Part shown: positions 34,191-64,000 of the stretch, piece after piece
How the letters are laid out: every line of letters begins with the position of its first letter
How positions within the stretch are numbered: position 1 is the stretch's first letter
NCBI RefSeq assembly: GCF_009914755.1
Contig: NC_060936.1
DNA: 64,000 nucleotides
Source: the human T2T-CHM13v2.0 reference genome, Homo sapiens
Strand: one strand, 5' to 3'
Position numbers and translations under genes: made by a program
Notes under the pieces: model-generated
Told to the model about the DNA's origin: nothing
Database searches by the model: none
Seen by the model: the letters and a program-made list of their open reading frames with translations, nothing else

Positions 34191-35699
34191 CAGCCCGCCC
34201 GCCGGGCAGCCCCCGTAACTGACAGATGGGCGGGCCCGCCCGCGGCCGCCGGGGGGCGGGGCGGTGGCGGGCCCGCCCCTCGCCTGTCCATTCGCGGGAG
34301 GCGGGGCTGAAGGGGGCCGGTCCAGGCCAGCGACCAATCGGAAGCGGTGGCAACGTGGGCGGCTGCGTGACAGACAGGCGGCAGGACGCTGTCGCCGCAG
34401 CTTCTTCCGGCTAGCTGGGGGACGCCGAGGCTGCGGAGTGCACGCCTGGGCTCCGTCAGAGGGCCGCGCCCGCGCGACGACCGCGTGCCCGCTAGTGGGA
34501 GGCGGGCGAGGACCCCTGGGGGTGTCCCTCCCTGACCCAGGCGGGAGGAGGGGACGCCTTAGGCTGTTTTGTAAAATGTGTCGGTGTGACCCTTCCGGCG
34601 ATGGCTCCTGACTCGACGTGGTATTGAGCCTGAGCTATATGCTAGTTTCTGCTGGAAACGCTGACTCTGCCTCTTAGCCCCTGGGTTGAAGCCGACTAGA
34701 GAATCTCAGACGTGCTTAACCGGTCTGTTGGGCTTCCCTGCCCTTTTCCAGTCCCAGGTTTCCTTTCCCTGCTCCCTTCCTGCTTCTAATTTCAGCCAAA
34801 GAGAAAGCAAAGATTTAGAAAAGAAGGGTAGGAAGAAGCTGGAATTTGAATTGGCAAGAGAAGTTTGAGGTTGTCTTTTCTAGATCAAAACAATTTTTAA
34901 TAGGCTGATGTTCACATGTTGCACTTTCTAAAGCCCGTGCTTGACCTCCTAAGGAATTTTAAGTCCTATTCTGATAATCGATTTATGAAGTAAATTGTCA
35001 TTAACGCCTCTGTTTTATAGATTAAGAAGAAAATGAGGTCACAGATAAATATCGTGCCAAAACGACGTGGTCTTTGAACTGACCTCCAGGCACGATGTCA
35101 TTATTTAACTCGAGAAATCACAGCTTCTGCGTCCTACCATTCTGCCAATATTCACAGCCAAGAGGCTCAACTTAACACCCTGGTAGAAAAAGAGAAGCCT
35201 TTAATATTGCTTGAATAGGGAAGGAGAGGGAATAATGGAACTAACCTTGCTGGGAGGGAAAAAAAAAAAAAAGAAAAAACCAACAGACCACTGAATGAAG
35301 CCTATGAAGCAATGAATGGAGTGCTTTTTGGAAAGCACTTCCAGATCTTTTGAAAAGCAGCACAAAATTAAATATTATTTGCAAATCAGTTAATGAATAG
35401 GAAAATGTTTTGTAAAGTATAATGCATTATATAATGTAATATGATATTTCTATCCCAAATATATTTGGTTTTTTATTATGTGTGTGTGTGTCTCTCGATG
35501 GTGCAGCAGCACGGTCATGCCTACAGCTAATATATGAGTAATCACTAGTGATAATGCACTTACAAAGAACATACTTTTCCATCTTTCTAAACATGAGGTG
35601 CTTTATTTTCAGACAATATGGGAAACATTCTCAGCGACATGGGGTGATAAAAGTGACTTTTTTTCTCTTTTTTGTTTGTTTTTCAAAAATTAGTTTAGG

Positions 35700-39950
<4,251 letters not shown>

Positions 39951-40365
39951 CAACAAAAATAAGCAAAGTGTAGATGATGGCTCTGTATAAGTAAGGCCAA
40001 AACAGTTTATGGATTCTTTAGAATCCAGACATGACCACTAACCCAACTAAAATAGCTTTTTCTTTCTTTTTTCTTTTCTTTTTTTTTTGGTTTTAAATTA
40101 ACTGAATTGTTCACAAATTATGTTAGCATCATTGAACTAACTTGTTGAAGCCTAGCATCAAGCCTATGCTTCTTTCAGCCCTTGAGGGCAGGGTAGGGAG
40201 GGCAGTAAAGATGAGGAGCTCAGAGGAGTTGGGAGATACATGAATTCTCTAGTACTTCCTGCTGGTTTTCTCCAGGCCCTAGGTGACTTGCATAACCTCA
40301 AAAAAAGTATCTGGTCTCCATTGAATTTATTTGAAGGCAGGATTAGGGAAAATTCAGAATAATAG

Positions 40366-41762
<1,397 letters not shown>

Positions 41763-41799
41763 ATAATTACATTTTAAGATATATTATAAATAATGCCCT

Positions 41800-45283
<3,484 letters not shown>

Positions 45284-45591
45284 CAATATGCCTTTTTAAA
45301 ACTTTTTCAGGACAATGCTTGTTATGAGTTAATTGGCTAAAAATGGGACCCAAAAATATATTCTATTGACATATTTTGGTTAATATAAAAAATAGACATT
45401 TAGATGATGAAAAAAAGCAACAAACAAATTAACCTGAAAAGAAAATTAAAGAACAACTTGGGAAACATACAGTACTCCTCCTCTTCCTTTTCCCTAATGC
45501 CTCTTTCCTCAGGTTGTAGAGCATTGTGTGGCCTTCAGGAAAAAATATCAATTTGCTCAATTAAATTAAAATCCAGTTTGTAATGTTGTTC

Positions 45592-47621
<2,030 letters not shown>

Positions 47622-47804
47622 ATTCACTCAAGAAACTGCGCTATATATGTTGTTACTGCATAACATGATGGGAAGAAATGTAAAACTAATAAATAATTTA
47701 GTTTTTTTATGAGAAGTGACAAAAATCTTTAAACCCTTTCATATACTGAAGAAAAAGTCTGAAATAGCATATATCGTAATTTTAAGTAGAAAAGTTAGGG
47801 GTAT

Positions 47805-48432
47805 TGAAACCACCTTCGCAAAAATAAACACTGAGAAAATTATGAAAGAGGTCTGACCTGACTGACTCCAGCTTGCTTACACTCTCCAAGCTGCCCTTCT
47901 TCATTCCTGGGTGCAGGCCAAACTAACTTTGGGAGGAATTTAATTTATAGTCTAACTTTGAAACAAAGATGATAACAGCAGTTTCCTGAAACAAACCTCC
48001 TTCTTGCCAGGGGGACCAGACTGCCTTTGTAAGACTAACATATTAACCACAAGATTAGAAATGATGGCTTAGGAGCCATGCAGCCAGAAGCCACAGGATT
48101 TCAACCCTCCCCAGTTGCTCCTAGGGATAATATTACTATTGTAAAACCTGAGATTGGTGCTCAAGATATTTTTTAGACCCTGCATTATGGTGCATCAGCT
48201 GGCACCTCCTGATCAATCAGCACTCTCCACTCCCTGGCCCTCTACCCACCAAACTATCCTTAAAAAAATGCAGTCTCTAAATTTTGGGGGAGACTGATTT
48301 CAGTAATAAAACTCTAGTCTTCCATTCAGCTCGCTCTGTGTGAATTAAACTCTTTCTGTATTCCAATTCCCCTGTCTTAATAAATCATCTCTGTTTGGAC
48401 AGTGGGCAAGGAGAACCCACTGGGCAGTTACA
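47805..48432 (+). mobile_element. LTR8-family solo LTR (ERV1)
   Basis: TGAAACCACCTTCGCAAAA...GGGCAGTTACA with a perfect 4-bp TSD GTAT. Confidence 0.85.
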
Positions 48433-48459
48433 GTATTATTAGGTTAATAAATATATTTG

Positions 48460-52407
<3,948 letters not shown>

Positions 52408-52448
52408 TAACCCCTCATTCTAAAGGTAAATGGAAGGATACAACTTGA

Positions 52449-52935
<487 letters not shown>

Positions 52936-52937
52936 TA

Positions 52938-53228
52938 TTGACAATCTACAGAATAGGAGAAAATTTTTGCATTCCATCCATCTGACAAAGGCCTAATATC
53001 CAGAGTCTACAAAGAACTTAAACAAATTTACAAGAAAAAAAACAACCCCATTAAAAAGTGGGCAAAGGACATGAACAGACACTTCTCAAAAGAAGACATT
53101 CATGGAGCCAACAAACATACAGAAAAAAAGCTCAACATCACTGGTGGTTAGATAAATGCAAATCAAAACCACAATGAGATACCACCTCACACCAGTCAGA
53201 ATGGCAATTATTAAAAAGTCAAGAAACA
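52938..53228 (+). mobile_element. Internal L1P ORF2 fragment
   Basis: Aligns by eye to ~25712-26000 of the full-length L1 (CATCTGACAAAGG..CTTCTCAAAAGAAGACATT..CACACCAGTCAGAATGGC). Confidence 0.85.
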
Positions 53229-53370
53229 TGGCAAGGTCCACATCGGTGGAAGAAAGCAAGCAAGCTAGGGTGGTAGATTATTACCTGTAAAATTATCTGG
53301 CCCTGGTGGGTTTTCTTTGTATGTATGAGAAAATTTTTAAATACTAATTTAATTTTTATGATAATTGTGA

Positions 53371-53686
<316 letters not shown>

Positions 53687-54257
53687 TGATCCACCCACCT
53701 CAGCCCCAAAAGTGCTGTGATTACAGGCATGAGCTACCACGCCCAACTCTTATTTTTTATTATTTGAGACAGAGTCTCACTCTGGTCACCCAGGCTGGAG
53801 TGCAGTGGCAAGATCACAGCTCACCACAGCCTCCATCTTCCCATCTCAGGTGATCCTCCCATCTCAGCCTCCTGAGTAGCTGGGACTACAGGCAGGTATC
53901 ACCAAACCCAGCTAATTACTGTATTTTTTGTAGAGACAGAGTTTTGCCATGTTGCCCAAGCTGGTCTCTAACTCCTGGGCTCAAGCAATCCTCCTGCCTT
54001 AGCCTCCCAAAATGCTCAGATTACAGACATGAGCCATTCTTCATTTTTCTGGCCTATTCTTCATTTTTAGTTTCCCATTCTGGCCGACTTGACCATTATC
54101 TTTTGCCTAGATGACTATAGAATCTTCCTCTCTAAATGATTGTTTGGCTGGGTGCACTGGCTCATGCCTGTAATCCAAGCACTTTGGGAGGCCAAGGAGG
54201 GAGGATTATTTGAGCCCAGGAGTTCAAAACCAGCCTGGCAACAAAGTGAGACACTGT

Positions 54258-54502
54258 AAGAAAGAAAAGAAAAGAAAAGAAAAGGAAAGAGAAGAGAAGA
54301 GAAAAAGAAAGAAAGAGAAAAAGGAAGGAAGAAAGGAAGGAAGGAAAGAGGGAGAGAGGGAGGAAGGAAGGAAGGAGGAAGGAAGAGAGGGAGGGAGGAA
54401 GAGAGGGAGGGAGAGAGAAAGCAATAGGAGGGCAGGGGAGGGGAGGGCAGGGGAGGGAAGGGAAGGGCAGGGCAGGGAAGGGAAGAGAAGGGAAGGGAAG
54501 GG
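54258..54502 (+). repeat. Polypurine (GA-rich) low-complexity tract in an Alu linker
   Basis: AAAG, GGAA and GGGAA repeats. Confidence 0.9.
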
Positions 54503-55493
54503 ATTAGCCAGGTGTGGTGGTAGACGCTGGCTGAAGAAGTAGGAGGATCACTCCCAGGAGGTCAAGGCTGCAGTGAGCCCTGATCACACCATTGCACTCC
54601 AGCCTGGGCAACAAAGCAAGACCCTGGCTCAAAAATAAAAATAAAAAAGTCATTGTTTATATCACAGCCAGAATGGTCATATTTAAACATAAACTAGATT
54701 TCTTTTCCTAAACATAACCTAGCCTATAAATCATTAACCAGTTTATACACATAATTCTGCTCCTTGTTCTATTCTCACTTAACAATATATTGGACCTCAC
54801 TATGTTCAAATATGACATGGGACATACATTTTTTTTTCTTAAAGTATTCCTTGTTTATATGAAATTCAAATGTAACTGGGTGTTCTGTATTTTTAGTTGC
54901 TAAATCTGGCAGCCCTACTTCTACCATTGGTCCAACACAAGGTGGCTGTTCCAGTTCTAGCCTCCACTCAGCCATGGGAAGAGCTTAAGTAGGCTTGAGG
55001 AGCACAAGTCCAGTTCTCTTTAGGGCAAAACCTGGACATGTCACATATTACTTCTGTGCATATACCATGGGTCAAAACATTTCCACATTTAGCTTCTAAG
55101 GAAGCTGGGAAATGTAGTCTTTAGCTAGGCAGGCATGTAGCCAACTAAAACCCTATTGCCAAGAAAGAAAAGAAGAATGGGTACGGGAAAACAACTAGTA
55201 GTCCCACATTGACAATAATCTTGGCCAGGTGCGTCGGCTCACGCCTATAATCCCAGCACTTTGGGAGGCCAAGGCAGGGGGAATCACCTGAGGTCAGGCA
55301 TTCAAGACCAGCCTGACCAACATAGAGAAACCCCGTCTCTACTAAAAACACAAAATTAGCCAGGTGTGGTGGCCCATACCTATAATCCCAGCCACTCGGG
55401 AGGCCGAGGCATGAGAATTGCTTGAACCCAGGTGGCGGAGGTTGTGGTGAGCCAAGATTGCATCATTGCACTCCAGTCTGGGCAACAAGAGCC

Positions 55494-55650
55494 AGGAAGG
55501 AAGGAAGAAGGAAGGAAGGGAGGGAGGAAGAGAGGGAGAGAAGAGGGAGGAAGGGAGGGAGGGAGAAAGCAATAGGATGGGAGGGGAGGGGAGGGAAGGG
55601 AAGGGAAGGGAAGGGAAGGGAAAGGAAGGGAACGGAACGGAAGGGAAGGG
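55494..55650 (+). repeat. Polypurine tract between two Alus
   Basis: GGAA and GGGAA repeats. Confidence 0.9.
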
Positions 55651-56025
55651 AATCCCAGCACTTTGGGCAGCTGCGGCAGGAGGATCACCTGAGGCCAGGA
55701 GTTCAAGACCAGCCTGGCCAACATGGAGAAACCCTGTCTCTATTAAAAATAAAAATTAGCAAGGCATGGTGGCTGGTACCTGTAATCCCAGCTACTCGGG
55801 AGGCTGAGGCAGCAGAATAACTTGAACCCAGGAGGGGAAGTTTACAGTGAGCCGAGATCATGCCAATGCACTCCAACTTGGGCAATAGAGCAAGACTCCA
55901 TCTCAAAAAACAAAGAAACTAAATGAGAACATAGTGAGAAATGAAAATTAAATCTGATTAGGCTAATACTTATGTTTACTCTGCCAGGTGCTTTGCGAAA
56001 CCTTTTACACACATTATTTCATTAA

Positions 56026-56178
<153 letters not shown>

Positions 56179-56819
56179 TAAGTTTTGTATTTTTAGTAGA
56201 GACGGGGCTTCACCATGTTGGCCAAGCTGATCTTGAACTCCTGACCTCAAATGATTTGCCCACCTCAGCCTCTCAAAGTGTTGGGATTACAGATGTGAGT
56301 CACCATGCCCTGCTTCATTAAATCTTTATTGCAACAAGAGGAATTATTATTATTATTATTTGAGACACAGTTTTACTCTGTCACCCAGGCTGGAGTGCAG
56401 TGGTACCATCTGGCTCACTGCAACCTCTGCTCCCGGGTTCAAGTCATTCTCCTGCTTCAGCCTCCCGGGTAGCTGGGATTACAGGCATGCACCACCATGC
56501 CCAGCTAATTTTGTATTTTTAGTAGAAATGGGGTTTCACCATGTTGGCCAGTCTGCTCTCAAACTCCTGATCTGAAGCGATCTGCCCACCTCGGCCTCCC
56601 AAAGTGCTGGGATTACAGGCATGAGCGACCATGCCCGGCCAAGAGGAATCATAATTCTTATTTGGCAATAGGGAAAATGGAGGTTGTAAGGGTTAAGTGA
56701 CTTTCCTAAGTCATATAGCTGATAAAAGATGTAGCCAGTATTCAAAACTGAGGTTAACTTCATTATGCCATATTACATTCACACCTTAAAAAAATAAAAT
56801 CAAGGTATCTGATATCTAG

Positions 56820-57017
<198 letters not shown>

Positions 57018-57520
57018 TGAAACTCTTGAGTTCCAGCAATCTGTCCACCTCAGCCTCCCAAATTTCTGGGATTACAGGCATGAGCCATGGTTCCTGGCCT
57101 TTAAACCTTTCATTATGGAAAATTTCACATGTGAAAATAGAAAGAAAAACGTAACAAAGCCATATGTACCTATTGCCCAGCTTCAATAATTATTTACACC
57201 CTGCCATTCTTTTTTTATGAATCTTCCCTTACCCCCTAAATTCTCACATTTTTTTCTTTTATCATGGAGTATTTTAAAACAAATCCCAGTCATCAAATTT
57301 CTCTACGTGTAAATATTTCAGTATGCTTCCCTAATGCCTAAGAACTTGAAAAAAGAAACATAACAATAACATTGTCATGCCTCCAAAGAATCATATTTAA
57401 CATCCAGTCCAAGTTTAACTTTTCTTGATTGTCTCAAGAGTATTTTTATGGCTGTTCAAATAAAAATTCAAACACAGTGCAGACATTACATATTTTACAT
57501 ATTCTCTTAAGTCCGTTTTT

Positions 57521-57545
57521 TGCTTGCGTCAGCAGCACATATACC

Positions 57546-57576
<31 letters not shown>

Positions 57577-57619
57577 GGCCCCTGCTCAAGGATGACATGC
57601 AAATTCGTGAAGCGTTCCA
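57521..57619 (+). pseudogene. U6 snRNA processed pseudogene (RNU6-type)
   Basis: Near full-length U6 (GCAGCACATATAC..TTGGAACGATACAGAGAAGATTAGCATGGCCCCTG..AAATTCGTGAAGCGTTCCA) with several substitutions. It has an A-rich tail instead of the U-tract, and no PSE/TATA was recognised upstream. Confidence 0.95.
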
Positions 57620-57662
57620 AAATAAATAAATTCATTAATTAAAATTAAAAAAAATTTTTTTT

Positions 57663-57971
<309 letters not shown>

Positions 57972-58834
57972 TTAAAGTCTCTTTTAATGTATGACAGTTC
58001 CCCTTCCCTTGTGTTTCCTCGCTTTTCTAATGCTTTTAACTCTGGGATCATGAATTAACTTTGTAACATGCTATGTGTTCATTGAAGAAGTAAGGCTGTT
58101 TGTCCTGTTGAATTTCTTACATTCAGAATTGGGCTGACAGTTTTCTCCTGGTGTCATTAATGGGTTTTTCCATCACCTATACTTCCAGTAAGCTGGTAGT
58201 TTGTTGAAGAGGCTAGTCTAAATTCAGGTTCAAGTTTTTTTTTTAATTTGTTTTTATTTTTTCTTTGTGGGTTTTATATATATATGCAAGGTTAGACCAT
58301 AGGTGGTACAGTAGCTTACTTTTAAAATAAACTGTGTAACTAATTTATTGAATGTGCTGAATTGGTTATTATAATCAGTAAACTACTTTTTCTTATCTAC
58401 TGCTACCTTCAAGCAAGCAGATCTCCCTTCTTTGCCCCAGATGACATTTCAGGGAGATCTCTTAGCTTTGGGGCCATTCTCAGATGTGAGAAGAGTCTCA
58501 TTTTCAGCTATGGAAAATTCTAGTTCAGTCTATATTAAACTTTAATTTCTCATCCAATTTAAATCTCCTGTCCTCTCTTCTCATCCCTATTCCTCCCCTG
58601 TCTTCTATGACAGCTGACAGGCAGGACCAGCATTGAGGAAATGGTACATGATCTGTCCTTTTACTCCATCTGGTGAACAGTCTCCACAGTGTCCCCGTGG
58701 TTCATGGATAACCTTATGCATTCTTGCCCAGTCAAACAGTGGTGGTGTAATTGCTGCCACAGCAACCCTGTGTACTTGCCCTGTCACTAGAGGTCACTCT
58801 AGTTCCTCTATACCCCCTCAAACTCCAGGAGACC

Positions 58835-59346
58835 TGATGCAGGATTTTTGCTCCTTAGCTCAGCTAAGTCTGGGTTCTTGTCTCACGACCAGGAAGAATT
58901 AGGCACACAAACATCAAACAGTGAGTGGAGTAGAATTTATTAAGTGAAAGGAAAGCTTTCAGCAAAAAGAGGGGACACGGCAGGAGATGGGGGTAGTTCT
59001 CCTACCTGAAGACAGGAAAGTTCCCCGATATGGCTGAGCCTGGGGCTTTTTATGGGCTCAGAATAGGGAGTGTGTGCTGATTGGTTTGTGAGTATCCAAA
59101 AATGGTCATAGCAAAGACACCACTCAAAGGTGGGCACAACAGTGTAGAAAACCAATTAGGAAAAGGTAGGTATATGTAAAATAGGTGAAGAGTGGGGATC
59201 AATCAAAGGAAAGTGCACCAAACAGGAAGGTGGGTTCTCAATCCCATCTGAGTATTTACCCAGGACAGTTTCTGTCTTGAAGGTTGGGTTTCACCAGGGA
59301 CCTGCCCCTATCTGCCTAGGCATTTGCCTGCCTCCTGCCTCTATCA
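58835..59346 (-). mobile_element. LTR27/LTR28/MER52-related solo LTR (ERV1)
   Basis: The reverse complement begins TGATAGAGGCAGGAGGCAGGCAAATGCCTAGGCAGATAGGGG. Perfect TSD GACC. Confidence 0.75.
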
Positions 59347-59896
59347 GACCCTTGTCAGGTTCTCCCCAAAACTTAATTGCCTTTCAGTCCTGTAGTAGCA
59401 CTGGGCAGGCCTACACACTCCTCCAGCCCAGCAGGCATCTGGCCAAGGAGTAAAAGTCCCTCACCTGTTTCTGGCTAGCCCCTCGATTCTCTAAGGGGTG
59501 CTCTTACTGTCCCCCTTCACTTGGCTCCATCCCATGTGGAACAGGGAATAAATGCCAGTGTGTTCTCTCTTTTTGTGAAGTCCCCCCAAAGATGCACCTG
59601 TCTTAATGAAACACCAGCCTTCTCTGCTATAGGATTTTGGGAGTGACAATTCCTGGACCAGAAAGAATGACTGTGTCATAGTAAGGCCTGTGCACATGTG
59701 TGCAGATACCCTTTTTAAAATGGGGGCTACTTCCCACCCATTGTCAGCACCACTGAGGATTATCCTAAAAATAAACAGGAAAGTCCTAATCTATATTCAG
59801 ACAAGTTTGTTAAGATTTACCCCTTGACTTCATTTTATAAAGTAGCTTAGCTAAACATACAGAATTTTCTAGTTTATTTTAAAATGAATGACTTAA

Positions 59897-63479
<3,583 letters not shown>

Positions 63480-64000
63480 CCCCTCTGGTATTTTATATGA
63501 CTATATTGCACTGATCACATTGATCATTTTAATTTCTTGCCCCTAAAATATTCACTCCATATAAATTGAGTTCATATTCATTTTGGAATCCTCATTGAAC
63601 AGGCTTTCTTGTATGCCCATACTGATCAAGGTCTGTGTTAGATATTACATTTAAAATTGAACAAAGTAGGTGTGGTCCTTAAATTTTGGAAGGGTTGCTG
63701 GCATCTGAGGAAGACAGTCATTATCTAAATCAACAGGAAAAATAGAAGATTGCAAGTTGTATTATGAAGGAAGAGACCAGGGTTCCAGGGGCTAGAACAA
63801 TAGGAGAGGCAGAATCAAACTGAGGATTTAGCAAAGCTTCTTTGAGGAACCAACATTTAACTTGAGGCCCACAACTAGGAGCTATTCCGGTTATTCAGGC
63901 TTTGAGTGAAAAGAGGAATGTGCCTGCCATATGGGGCACCACATGGGAAGCTGGGGGCAACTGGACCTGGAATACATTGGGCAAGGAGTGAGTGATGGGG

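Larger units (their letters stand above)
33380..34620. promoter_or_regulatory. CpG island / TATA-less EEA1 promoter
   Basis: Very GC- and CpG-dense against AT-rich flanks. GC boxes at about 34254-34263 and 34298-34307, CCAAT 34334-34338, ETS-type CGGAAG 34339-34344 and CTTCCGG 34404-34410, E-box CACGTG 33904-33909. Confidence 0.9.

Noticed and set aside
33384-34611. Many overlapping ORFs of 60-245 aa in the CpG island (e.g. 33616-34353, minus strand)
   Set aside because: These are Pro/Gly/Arg/Ala-rich products of stop-poor GC-rich DNA. The 245-aa ORF is out of frame with the EEA1 ATG and reads through the splice donor.
54210-55820. Lys/Glu/Arg/Gly-rich ORFs
   Set aside because: These are translations of polypurine microsatellites and Alus.
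57521-57619. Functional U6 gene
   Set aside because: It has substitutions in the 5' stem and internal stem-loop, no T-tract terminator, an A-rich tail and no recognisable upstream PSE/TATA.

Overview
Primate (human or great-ape) genomic DNA, very rich in repeats (about 70 Alu pieces by manual count). The only protein-coding exon I can support is exon 1 of EEA1 (early endosome antigen 1) on the minus strand. It encodes MLRRILQR followed by a GTAAG donor and lies in a CpG-island promoter at about 33.4-34.6 kb. Everything to its left is intron 1 and everything to its right is upstream intergenic DNA. Intron 1 holds a full-length young L1 (L1PA2-like, 20637-26680), antisense to EEA1 and inserted into an Alu. 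ORF1 and ORF2 are each broken by one CGA>TGA change. The antisense ORF0, its two splice donors and an antisense polyA hexamer are intact and point in the EEA1 direction, which is a candidate gene-breaking/alternative-promoter unit. Intron 1 also holds a frameshifted pseudogene-like segment (about 913-1506) resembling, from memory, C12orf77/LINC02909. Upstream there is a U6 snRNA retrocopy, several solo LTRs (MER4E-, MER31-, LTR8-, LTR27/28- and LTR7C-like), nested TE stacks and several short local templated duplications. I found no wholly new biological system. Repeat subfamily names come from recalled consensus sequences and need RepeatMasker/Dfam confirmation.
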